From: an uncultured Campylobacter sp.
GTDB taxonomy: Bacteria; Campylobacterota; Campylobacteria; Campylobacterales; Campylobacteraceae
DNA: 64,000 bases
NCBI GenBank assembly: GCA_963515585.1
Contig: CAUPXM010000004.1
Location: forward strand, 7,259 to 71,258
Direction of reading: 5' to 3'
Shown one piece after another: positions 52,641 to 61,731 of this stretch; positions within the stretch are counted from its first letter, which is position 1, and the number at the start of each line of letters is the position of its first letter. A program made the translations under genes and the position numbers. The notes under the pieces are model-generated. The model did no database searches. It saw only the letters and a list, made by a program, of their open reading frames with translations, and was not told where the DNA came from.

Positions 52641-53260
52641 AAATCATAAATCAGATCGTTTTAACGAACGATTATGAGGGCTTTAAAGATAAAATTTTAG
52701 CCGAAATTCCGCGCAAAAATTTAAGGTTTTTCGAAAGCACTGAACTTAAGATCGACGAGGCGCGAAAGATCATCGACGAAGCCTACGTCGCCGAGCGCGA
52801 GGATAAGATCATCGTCATCGCCGCTACGAAATTCGGCGAGGAGGCGCAAAACGCCCTGCTTAAAATTTTAGAGGAGCCGCCTAAAAATACGGTATTTTTC
52901 CTGATCACCCCCTTCATCAACGCCCTGCTGCCTACCATCCGCTCGCGCCTGATCGTGCAAAATCTCTGCGTGCGGAAGCCAAGATACCGCACCGGGTTAA
53001 ATTTAACCAGGCTAAGCCTAAAGGAAGCGGTGGAGTTTATCGACGCGCAGATCGCGCTGGAGCGCAAGGGCGAGCTGGACAAAACGGCACTAAAAGCGCT
53101 CATCGGCGAGATCGCGCTAGAGTGCTTCGAAGCGGGCGTCAGGCTAAGCGGCGATGAGCTGCAGCGGATTGACCGCTTGAGTTATCTTGCCGAGCATAAC
53201 GCCAAAGCCCACGCCGTGCTTACTCCGCTGCTTTTGATGATCGAGGAGAAAAAAAGATGA
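52637..53260 (+). CDS. holB: DNA polymerase III delta' subunit
   Basis: NALLKILEEPPKNTVFFLIT clamp-loader motif. 207 aa. Confidence 0.85.
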   Translation: MKIINQIVLTNDYEGFKDKILAEIPRKNLRFFESTELKIDEARKIIDEAYVAEREDKIIVIAATKFGEEAQNALLKILEEPPKNTVFFLITPFINALLPTIRSRLIVQNLCVRKPRYRTGLNLTRLSLKEAVEFIDAQIALERKGELDKTALKALIGEIALECFEAGVRLSGDELQRIDRLSYLAEHNAKAHAVLTPLLLMIEEKKR

Positions 53261-54393
53261 AAATTTATAAAATTTCAAACGATGCCGACTTTGCGCTGAT
53301 TTGCGAGCGCATCGGCGTGCGAAATGCGGGAAGGGCGATAATGCAGAAAAAATCGCGCCTAAACTTTTTCTATCTAAAAGACCTGCGAGCGCCCGCGGCG
53401 AATATTTTAAAGCAAGATGCCCTTAGCATCGGTGCCGAGCTTGCATGTAACGAAGGGGTGATCCTGGGGCGCGACGATACGGACGCGGTTTTGATCGCAA
53501 ATGACCGTCAGATCGAGGCTTTGGCGCAAAAGGAAGCGCTGCAGGATTTTGGGCTAAAAGAGCTTGCGAAATTTCTAAGCGAGAAATTTGCTAAGCCGCA
53601 AAGCTGCGAAATAATGGGCGTAGTAAACATCAACTCCGATAGCTTCAACCCCGCAAGCCGTGCGGCAAGCTTAAAAGAGGCGATCTGCAAGATCGAAAAG
53701 ATGATTGAGCAGGGCGCCGCTATCATCGACATCGGCGGCGTAAGCTCGCGCCCGGGCAGCCAGTACTGCGGCAGGGATGAGGAGTTTGCGCGCATAAAGG
53801 ACGTGCTGAGCGAAATTTACCGCCTGCGTCTGCACGAAAGGGCTAAATTTAGCCTCGATAGCTTTGATGAGTATTGTTTGGAATTTGCGCTAGATCGGGG
53901 CTTTAGCATCATTAACGACATCAGCGCAAACCTCGCTCTTGCCCCGCTTGCGCTTCGCTACGACGCCGCTTACGTGCTGATGCACATGCAAGGAAATCCG
54001 CAAAATATGCAGCTTGCGCCCAAATACGACGATCTGATGGGCGAAATCGATGAGTTTTTTGCGCAGAATTTGCAGCAGCTGCAAAGCGCGGGGCTTAAAA
54101 AGATCATCCTTGACCTGGGCATCGGCTTTGGCAAGACCGCCGAGCAAAATTTGGTGCTGATTAAAAATTTGCAGCATTTCTTGCACTTCGGCTGTCCGCT
54201 GCTTGTAGGCGCGAGCAGAAAGAGCGTTATCGATTTTTACAGCCCCTCTGCGGTCGAGGATAGGCTAGCAGGCTCGCTGTACCTGCACCAGGTTGCCGCT
54301 TTAAACGGTGCTGCGATCATCCGCACGCACGACGTTTTTCCGCACGTTCAAATGCTGCGGCTAATGCGCGCGATGGATCGGATTCTGCTATAG
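53257..54393 (+). CDS. folP: dihydropteroate synthase
   Basis: GVVNINSDSF and IDIGGVSSRPG pterin-binding motifs. N-terminal extension as in epsilonproteobacterial FolP. Confidence 0.9.
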   Translation: MKIYKISNDADFALICERIGVRNAGRAIMQKKSRLNFFYLKDLRAPAANILKQDALSIGAELACNEGVILGRDDTDAVLIANDRQIEALAQKEALQDFGLKELAKFLSEKFAKPQSCEIMGVVNINSDSFNPASRAASLKEAICKIEKMIEQGAAIIDIGGVSSRPGSQYCGRDEEFARIKDVLSEIYRLRLHERAKFSLDSFDEYCLEFALDRGFSIINDISANLALAPLALRYDAAYVLMHMQGNPQNMQLAPKYDDLMGEIDEFFAQNLQQLQSAGLKKIILDLGIGFGKTAEQNLVLIKNLQHFLHFGCPLLVGASRKSVIDFYSPSAVEDRLAGSLYLHQVAALNGAAIIRTHDVFPHVQMLRLMRAMDRILL

Positions 54394-54915
54394 TAAAATT
54401 TCAAAAAACTTATCGGAATTCTGTGGAATTTTCTTGAAATTTCATGGCTTGGCAAGATTTTGATAAAACCCGCTTTTTATAGAATTTTAAAATTTGTCCG
54501 AGTCAAATCTTTATAATTTTTATAAATTCTACCAAAGAGCGTTTTGCAAAATTTCATTAGAAATTCTTTCGTGCTTGGTTTTTTTCTTGGAATTTATTGC
54601 GTGTCCGCTTCTAAAATTTTATCAAATTATGCGTTGGTGCTTAAATCTTAACAAATCTCGCGCTGAAGATTATTGTGGCCGATAAAAATTCTACGTAGCG
54701 AGCCTATGTATGCGAACAGGTACAGCGCGTGAAATTTGCAAGCGGTGTGTATATTTTATAAAAAACGCCCACGCTGATCTACATTGCAAGCGAATCACGT
54801 GCATAAACAAAATCCTAAATCGCGCCACTATAATTTGCACCGCAAGCTTGCAATTTGATCAAATTTAGCGCGTACCAGCGGAACGACAAAACCGAACGAA
54901 AAGCGTGCGGTGCGA

Positions 54916-55007
54916 CAAATTTTAAATTTATTTTACGCGGTGACGTAGAGTTTTAAAATTTATTTTCTGCGATGACACAAAATTTCAAATTTATCTGCCG
55001 CAAAAAC
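54916..55007. repeat. three imperfect tandem units of about 31 nt
   Basis: CAAATTTTAAATTTATTTTACGCGGTGAC / GTAGAGTTTTAAAATTTATTTTCTGCGATGAC / ACAAAATTTCAAATTTATCTGCCGCAAAAAC. Confidence 0.55.
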
Positions 55008-55061
55008 AGAGGCCGCTACCGCTTAAGTCGCAAATTTTAGTAGCGGTAAAAACCAAAGTCG

Positions 55062-56120
55062 CTACCGCTTAAAGTCATGAATTTCGATATTTGCGTCATA
55101 TTTTTTGCAAAGCTCGTTTACTTTTTCTTTTAGCCTTTCCTCGTCATAGCAGATGAGATCGATGTATGCGTGCTTCTGCCCGGTTGCGCCGCCGATTATC
55201 TCCAAAAACGAGCTGCAGCTATCCAGCTCTTCGTCCTCGATCTTGTTTCGCAGATCAAAGCCCGCCTGCACGTCGCCGCCGTTATTAATGCTAAGAAAGC
55301 AAAATTTGATGCCGAGCTCGAAGGCTTCGTTGTAGATGTCGCGCTCGCCGTTTAGATATTGATTTACGATATTGGTCAGGCAGGTGGTGCCCACGATCAC
55401 GTCCTCGCGCACCTCGCTTCCGCGCGGCTCCATCTCGTAGCTGAAAAAATTCTTTAGAGGTTCGCGTGCGGCTTTTTCGCCGAATTTTTCATCGACCAGA
55501 TCGGCAAATTCGCTTAGCGGTACGCCGTTTTCTTCGGGCTCGGCTAGCACCTCAAGCTCGCCTAGCGTATTTATGATCGCCGTTTCGCCGATCATATTGT
55601 CAAGCAGGATAAAGCTAAGGTTATAAGCCTTGCCCTCGTCCTGCGCGAGCAGAGTGGCTAAATTTACATTGTAAATTTTGATATCCACGTCGCTTTCGTT
55701 AAACTGCGCGTAGATCATCGACTCCTCGGCGTTTACGTGCGTATCGTACATCTCGATCCCGCCGATACCTCGCGGTGCGCGCGGCTTTCCGAGCGTGCAG
55801 AGCATTTTGGACTCGAGCTGCCTAGGCATAGCGTTTTTGATGAAGCTTAGCCAAAATAATCGGTGCCTCATACCCTCCGGAGTTAGCACCAGATCGAGCC
55901 GCTCGCCCGCGAGCCCCGTCATAAAATAGGGCTCGGCAAGGCAGATGCGAAGCTTCTCGTCGGTCTTTTGCATCGCCTTTTCAAACTCTTCCGCCGCCAG
56001 ATCGGCCTTGATCTCATCTATCGCGCCGCTAAATTCCGCCCAAAATTTATCTACTCTGCCGGCAAAAGTGCTTGGAATTTGCGCCTTTTCAGCTTTTTTG
56101 CCCAAACCGAATAGCCCCAT
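55062..56120 (-). CDS. hypothetical protein (352 aa)
   Basis: AGGAG lies 5 nt before ATG 56120 (MGLFGLGKK...). Long ORF of ordinary composition. No family recognised. Confidence 0.7.
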   Translation of the reverse strand: MGLFGLGKKAEKAQIPSTFAGRVDKFWAEFSGAIDEIKADLAAEEFEKAMQKTDEKLRICLAEPYFMTGLAGERLDLVLTPEGMRHRLFWLSFIKNAMPRQLESKMLCTLGKPRAPRGIGGIEMYDTHVNAEESMIYAQFNESDVDIKIYNVNLATLLAQDEGKAYNLSFILLDNMIGETAIINTLGELEVLAEPEENGVPLSEFADLVDEKFGEKAAREPLKNFFSYEMEPRGSEVREDVIVGTTCLTNIVNQYLNGERDIYNEAFELGIKFCFLSINNGGDVQAGFDLRNKIEDEELDSCSSFLEIIGGATGQKHAYIDLICYDEERLKEKVNELCKKYDANIEIHDFKR

Positions 56121-56203
56121 AATCTCTCCTTTAATTAAATTTAAACGCAATTATAGCTTAATTTTTTGCGCAGACTCGGGGCGCAAATTTTAAAAGCCCG
56201 CCC

Positions 56204-57598
56204 TCACGTACACTGAAAGCAACCGCCCAAAACCTCGCATTTCTCGCAGATCTGCACATATATGACCCCCTCGCCCTGCACCAACTCGCCGAATGGGATC
56301 TGCGCTAGATGCTTCATCGTCCCGCCGCAGCTAGGGCAGGCTAGATACTCGGCGTCCTGCACCCACTGCGGATAGCCTCCCACGGTCGTATCAAGCTCGC
56401 CAAAGCAGCCGTAAAATGGCGAAACCTCGCCGCCTAGCTTAAATTTCATATCGCACAGTCGCGCCATGTCCTCTTGCGAAAAATAACTCTCCGTAAAACC
56501 TTCGCCTTTATAGCTTAGCTCCAGCTCGCCGTCTGCGCCTCTCTTGCAAAAGTAAACGACCGAACCGATACAGGTCGGGCAACAGCGAAAGATTGCGTCG
56601 TGCTTTAAATTTAGAAATGCAAGCCGCGGCTCATCGGCCTTAAGACGGAGCATATCGAGCATCTCGCAGCCGCAAAACTCGCACTTTTGCCCCGTAGGCC
56701 TGCCGATACGTACGGGCTCGTCCGCGTTTTGGTTTGCGCCTTCGCAGCGGGCATCCTTTGCATTTTTACTTAAATTTAAACCGCTGCTAGCGTCTTTTTG
56801 CGCGTCTGATTTGAAATTCGCGCGCTCGTTCCGCAAGCTCGCGTCTTCGTCCATGCTCGTGCGAGTACTCTGCGCGCCCGCGTGTAAATTTGAAGTTTTG
56901 CTCGCGTCTTTTTGCGCGTTTCGTTCGGAATTTGCGCCGCTCACGCCGCCTTTGAAATTTAAAATTTCGCTCGCGCTTTCATCTCCTCGCCCGCGCTTGC
57001 GCTCGCCGTTTTTCTCCGCGCTATCTTTCACGCGCACCGCGGCGAGACACTTATCAAAAACGAGCGATTTGCGCTCGCCCGTCTCGTCAAAGCTCCAGCC
57101 GCCGATTTTTGCGTAAAACTCGGTACCCACGTAGAGCTTTTGGCGCCACGGCCTCGGGTTTTTATACAGCTCGTAAAATAGCTCCGCCGTTTTCTCGTCG
57201 CCCTGCCATGCAAGCGAGCACAGAAGGTGATTTAGCGCGTTTTTAGAGTTGTCTTGTAGCGAGTCTAGTTTTGCTATGAGTGCGTCTCTTACGTCATTAG
57301 GCGCGCCGAAGTAGAGCTCGGGCGGATAGTAGATCTGCTTCGCCGCGGCGGCTCGCGCGATCCTTGGATCATGTATGTCCAGCAGGCTAAAAAGCGCCCA
57401 AAAATCGTTACAAATCTCATCCCATCTTTCGATCTCGTCTATGCGGCCCGCGATTTTTAGGATCATCGCTTCTACTTCGTCCGTGCTTAGGTTTAAAATT
57501 TCATCTCGCCTCTGCCTTTGGCTGCATGAGTGGCAGATGCCGTCGAAATAAATCGTGTTTTCGCCGCATTTTGGGCATAGATGGGCTTTGCTTTGCAT
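56204..57598 (-). CDS. zinc-ribbon protein with a DUF1963/YwqG-like C-terminal domain and a low-complexity insertion
   Basis: N-terminal CPKCG...CHSC and internal CEFCGC...CCPTC. The C-terminal GGYPQWVQDAEYLACPSCGGTMKHLAQIPF pattern is typical of YwqG-family proteins. Insertion at about 56717-57028. Confidence 0.7.
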   Translation of the reverse strand: MQSKAHLCPKCGENTIYFDGICHSCSQRQRRDEILNLSTDEVEAMILKIAGRIDEIERWDEICNDFWALFSLLDIHDPRIARAAAAKQIYYPPELYFGAPNDVRDALIAKLDSLQDNSKNALNHLLCSLAWQGDEKTAELFYELYKNPRPWRQKLYVGTEFYAKIGGWSFDETGERKSLVFDKCLAAVRVKDSAEKNGERKRGRGDESASEILNFKGGVSGANSERNAQKDASKTSNLHAGAQSTRTSMDEDASLRNERANFKSDAQKDASSGLNLSKNAKDARCEGANQNADEPVRIGRPTGQKCEFCGCEMLDMLRLKADEPRLAFLNLKHDAIFRCCPTCIGSVVYFCKRGADGELELSYKGEGFTESYFSQEDMARLCDMKFKLGGEVSPFYGCFGELDTTVGGYPQWVQDAEYLACPSCGGTMKHLAQIPFGELVQGEGVIYVQICEKCEVLGGCFQCT

Positions 57599-57805
57599 TT
57601 TATCTCCTTAAATTTGGATTTAAATTTCGTCAAATTTTAGCTAAATTTTACTGTTTTGTGGCGATAAAGCGCGGTTTAGAATTTAATGTCGCATTGAACG
57701 AGAGACTTTATAATACAGCTAAATGCGTCATTTACAAATGGAATTCAAGCTGAAAGAGATGTGAATTTTAAATTACAATAGAAATAGGGCGGGTTTGCGA
57801 GATCA

Positions 57806-57842
57806 AGTGGAATTCATCTTCGAAAAGATAAATTCCACTTTT
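57806..57842 (+). terminator. strong hairpin followed by a T-run, in plus-strand orientation
   Basis: AGTGGAATTcATCTT-CGAA-AAGATaAATTCCACT followed by TTT(G). It lies between two minus-strand genes, 20 nt beyond the stop of 57860..58426. Confidence 0.5.
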
Positions 57843-57859
57843 GTGCTCTTAGGCGCAAA

Positions 57860-58426
57860 TCACTTTTCAATGTGATGTTTTACTAGATACTCGATGATAT
57901 TTACTGCATTATCGATGCCGCAATACGACGTGTCGATGCAGATATTGTAGTTTGCGGACGCGCCCCAGACTTGGTTGGTGTAGTATTGATGAAAGCTCAT
58001 CCTGCCTGCGTCGCTGTTTTCCATATATTCTCGCGCGTCGGTGTGACCCTCTTTTTCCAATCTAGCGAGCTTAAACTCATCGCTCGCGCGCAAAAATACC
58101 GTCAGCAGATCCGGATGTCCGCGCAAGAAAAACCCTGCGCAGCGTCCAAGCACTATAACGTTGCCACCCGAGACGATCTTTTCGTAGATTGCTACGATGC
58201 GGTCGCGCTTCTGCTCATTGGCTAGCTCGTTGTGCGATATTGCCTGAAGTAGCGTATTTACGGGCATTTCGTTGTAGAACTCATACATCTGCTCGAAGCA
58301 GCCAAGCTCGTCTGCTTTGCGGAGCAGATCCGCCTTGGCTAGATAGGTGTAACCTAAGCGCTCGGCTAGTTTGCGCGCGGTTTCGCGCCCGCCTGCGCCC
58401 GTTTGTCTAGCGATCGAGATTATCAT
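57860..58426 (-). CDS. cytidylate kinase-like family protein
   Basis: 188 aa. N-terminal IARQTGAGGRETARKLAERLGY P-loop-like segment typical of this family. Confidence 0.7.
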   Translation of the reverse strand: MIISIARQTGAGGRETARKLAERLGYTYLAKADLLRKADELGCFEQMYEFYNEMPVNTLLQAISHNELANEQKRDRIVAIYEKIVSGGNVIVLGRCAGFFLRGHPDLLTVFLRASDEFKLARLEKEGHTDAREYMENSDAGRMSFHQYYTNQVWGASANYNICIDTSYCGIDNAVNIIEYLVKHHIEK

Positions 58427-58435
58427 ATTTTCTCC

Positions 58436-59128
58436 TTAGATGAAATGTGCAAATATACCGGCACCGATGACGGTAAGAAGTCCCGTAACTGCCATTGCTA
58501 AAGACGCCATCGCGCCCTCTACGTCACCGATCTCAAGAGCGCGCGCCGTTCCCATCGCGTGGCTCGCGCAGCCTAGGGCGATACCTTTTGCCATCGCCTT
58601 TTTGATGCCAAAAATTTTAAGTAGTGCCTCGCCAAATACGCTACCGATGATGCCCGTAGCGATGATGCAGGCCACCGTTAGTGTCACGATGCCGCCTAAG
58701 CTTTCGCTGATACCCATACCGATCGGCGCCGTGACGGATTTTGGTAGTAGCGTGACATACATTGTGTGATTTAGCCCAAATATCACCGACATCGCATAGA
58801 TGCTGCCTAGCCCTGCGATCATACCCGAAATCAGTCCTGCAAAAATAGCTAAAAAATTACTTCGCAAAAGCGCCAGCTGCTCGTATAGCGGCACGGCTAG
58901 ACAGACGGTGATCGGCGTTAAGAAAAAGCTAATGTGCGAGGCGCTCGCGTTAAATTTTTCGTATGGAATTTTAAAGATTAAAAGCACGCAGACGGTAAGC
59001 ACGATACCGATTAGAAGCGGATTGAAAATAGTTAGCTTAAAGCGCTTTTTCAGATAAAGTCCCAGCTCAAACGAGCCTAGGCACAAAAATACGCCGAAAA
59101 AAGCGGAGTTCATTAAAATTTCTCTCAT
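58436..59128 (-). CDS. lrgB: LrgB family membrane protein
   Basis: 230 aa, polytopic. LPKSVTAPIGMGISE motif. Overlaps the lrgA-like gene by 4 nt. Confidence 0.85.
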   Translation of the reverse strand: MREILMNSAFFGVFLCLGSFELGLYLKKRFKLTIFNPLLIGIVLTVCVLLIFKIPYEKFNASASHISFFLTPITVCLAVPLYEQLALLRSNFLAIFAGLISGMIAGLGSIYAMSVIFGLNHTMYVTLLPKSVTAPIGMGISESLGGIVTLTVACIIATGIIGSVFGEALLKIFGIKKAMAKGIALGCASHAMGTARALEIGDVEGAMASLAMAVTGLLTVIGAGIFAHFI

Positions 59129-59583
59129 TTTTTGTCGTCTCCGGATAAAATTTCGCGCTCCAGTTTCGCATCCACGCCCTTTGTATTCACGCTGTCTTGT
59201 TCGTGCGCGGCTTCGTAAAGCCTGCGCTTAACGCGGGCGAGGGCGATTTTATAAAAGATCTGCGTTACTGCGCCACTTGCACCGATGACTACTACCGTAG
59301 AGACTGCTGTAATCGCGATGATTGCGAAAAGATGCTGGCGTAGCGCGTCGCCTGCGATGATGATCGCAGCGCCCGCCGGGATGAAGATCACAGGCATAAT
59401 CTGCATAAAAAACGACACGGTTTCTCTGATCTGCGATACTTTGATGAGTTTGAAGATCAGGGCTAAAAGCATAATGACTAGCCCGTAGATGCTAGCGGGG
59501 ATCGGCACAGGCACGAGCGCCGCCAAAATCTCCGCAACAAAAGATATTCCTAAAATCACACTAAATTGGATTAAGTAGTTCAA
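59125..59583 (-). CDS. lrgA: CidA/LrgA family holin-like protein
   Basis: Four TM helices at the N-terminus (IPASIYGLVIMLLAL...), directly upstream of lrgB, plus a hydrophilic C-terminal tail of about 35 aa. Confidence 0.8.
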   Translation of the reverse strand: MNYLIQFSVILGISFVAEILAALVPVPIPASIYGLVIMLLALIFKLIKVSQIRETVSFFMQIMPVIFIPAGAAIIIAGDALRQHLFAIIAITAVSTVVVIGASGAVTQIFYKIALARVKRRLYEAAHEQDSVNTKGVDAKLEREILSGDDKK

Positions 59584-60425
59584 AGCTTACCTCGGATTAA
59601 AATTTTAGCGCTAAATTTAGCACTTTGCAGTTAAAATAGATATTAATATTGCTAGGTTTGGGCGAAATTTTGCGGCAAAATTTAAAATTTTGATCGCAAG
59701 CAGGAGCGAGATTTCACTTCTAAAATTTCAAATTTTAATCGCTAATTTGTCGCCGCTTGAGTGAATTTTGATTGGAATTTAAAATTTGGAGCCGCCGATT
59801 AAGCTATCTGTGAGCCAGCTGCGTGAATGAAATTTTATACACAATTCTGCGCCGAACTCTGCTCCCAACTTCACGGCGCAAAAACACATCGCGTGGAGTA
59901 GCCAGGCGCACATTGGGTAGTACGAGTCGTGTGGGAGCTGTGCGAGCTGATGCAATCGTGCGGTAAATTTTAAAATTCCTGCGAGCGAGCGTTTAAATTT
60001 GAGTTAAATTTCAGCAAATAAACAAGCGCGCTTAATTTTAAAGAACGGGCAAGCGAGTGCTTAAATTACGAAGTTCGCGCTGCTCGATTTTAAATTTCAC
60101 GATCCGCGTCTCGCGAGTATGGGTGCCGTTACTACTAAATTTTACGGCATCGTTAAAATTTAATGCCGCGCAAGACACGCCGCTAGCAAATTTTGCGGCG
60201 GGCGCCGTCGTATGAGCGACGGCTCGTTTTAGCCGGCTCGAAATCCACGTGTAGCAAATGACAAGTGCGGCGCGAATGCCATGCGCTGCGTATTTTAAAG
60301 GCTGGGAGCGGCCGCGGCTCGCAGTACGATCAGCGTCGCAGTGCAAAGCCAAATTAAATAAAATTTCAAAAACCGATTTAGCGCCGCCGCCCGAGCAAAA
60401 AGCGCAGGCGAATCCCGCGCAAAGC

Positions 60426-60665
60426 TTAGCCTAGCTCGATTTTGACGTCTAGAACCTTGCAGACGAGATCGAAAATTTCGATATCGACGTTGGGCGCGTA
60501 TTCGTCCAAAACTGTGTAAACTTCGGCACGCATATCCTCGTCGTGGCCCGGGTGCGAGCGCGAATACAGCTCGTCCGTGCGGCGCACGAGCGTGAGATTA
60601 TCGATATCTCGCTCGCGCATCGCCTGCTTGAGCCGCTTTGAAATTTGCCATTTGAAACTTTGCAT
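60426..60665 (-). CDS. small hypothetical protein (79 aa)
   Basis: ORF of ordinary composition, isolated, with no RBS inspected in detail. Confidence 0.4.
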   Translation of the reverse strand: MQSFKWQISKRLKQAMRERDIDNLTLVRRTDELYSRSHPGHDEDMRAEVYTVLDEYAPNVDIEIFDLVCKVLDVKIELG

Positions 60666-60834
60666 TTTTCATCCTTTAAATTTGCGCGATACTAGCTAAA
60701 AGGGCTTTAAAATTTAATTTCTTAAATCCGGCGACGCGTTTCGGCGCGATCAGCGAGCCTGCGCCGCTCGGTCCTACGCTTGCAAATATAAACGAGCCGG
60801 GTTTAGATCAAGGTTTTACCGGCTAAATAGAAGA

Positions 60835-61731
60835 TTATCTTTGCGTAAATAGCGCTAAATCTTGCAAAGCCAATGGGATTACTTCGCCGTGCGAAGCGCC
60901 TTCGTAGAGCCTAAACTCGCAAGAAAGCCCCTTTGTTTTTAAAATTTCAGCTAGATCAGCCGCTTTTAAAATTCCCGCTTTATCGGTTTTTCCTTTACGC
61001 ATTTCACGTGAGCCGGCAACGAGCATTATGAATTTCTCTTTTAAATTTGATCTAAGCTTTCCCTCTTCTAGGGCATCTCTGATCAGCTGTGATTCGCCCC
61101 ACCATAACGAAGGTGAGGCGATAAAAAACTCGTCGAAAATCCCATCGTCGCGCAGCAAAGCATAAATCCCGAATAGCCCGCCAAAAGAATGTCCGAAGTA
61201 AATTTTATCGCTTTTTGCCGTAGAGTATTTTTTCTCCACGAGCGGAAATAGTTCATCTTTTACGAAATCGTAAAATTCTGCTGCGCCGCCGCCGTTTGCA
61301 TATTCTTCGTCGCTCGCCGCGGGCGTTAAATCTCTCGTGCGACGCTTAATATCATACGCTAGCGGGCTGTCGTATCCGATGCCTACTATAAGGACGGTTT
61401 TGCTTAATTTCGGCACCGCTTTTGCGTTTTGCTTTGCGCCATTCGCATAAATTTTCGCATAGGAGTTTAAAAGTATCGGAAACTGCGCGTTCGCATCAAC
61501 CATAAAAACTACCCTATCGTAGCGAGCGACATTTTTTTGGCGAGCTATAAAAATTTTATATTTTTCGCCGTTCTTGCTTTTTAAAATAAAATCGCTCACG
61601 TTAAACATTTCGCGCGCAGCTCCACTTACCCGCTCAATCTTTTGCGGCGGTTTTGCCCCCAGATCGCAAGCGAATAAGCACGCTAAAAAGAGCGCGTCAA
61701 ATACCGCGAGAAAGCTCTTTAGGCTTACCAT
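60835..61731 (-). CDS. secreted alpha/beta-hydrolase of the putative-esterase family (IroE/Cee-like siderophore esterase candidate)
   Basis: Signal peptide and nucleophile elbow GHSFGG. Overlaps the upstream TonB-dependent receptor gene by 7 nt. Confidence 0.7.
   Translation of the reverse strand: MVSLKSFLAVFDALFLACLFACDLGAKPPQKIERVSGAAREMFNVSDFILKSKNGEKYKIFIARQKNVARYDRVVFMVDANAQFPILLNSYAKIYANGAKQNAKAVPKLSKTVLIVGIGYDSPLAYDIKRRTRDLTPAASDEEYANGGGAAEFYDFVKDELFPLVEKKYSTAKSDKIYFGHSFGGLFGIYALLRDDGIFDEFFIASPSLWWGESQLIRDALEEGKLRSNLKEKFIMLVAGSREMRKGKTDKAGILKAADLAEILKTKGLSCEFRLYEGASHGEVIPLALQDLALFTQR

Noticed and set aside
56151-56203. Hairpin TTTGCGC-N9-GCGCAAA between the two orphan genes
   Set aside because: It has only 7 bp, and its orientation relative to the T-run is ambiguous. 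Support is too weak to call a terminator or attenuator.
60038-60352. 104-aa minus-strand ORF
   Set aside because: It is Arg/Ala-rich, isolated, and has no RBS or motif.
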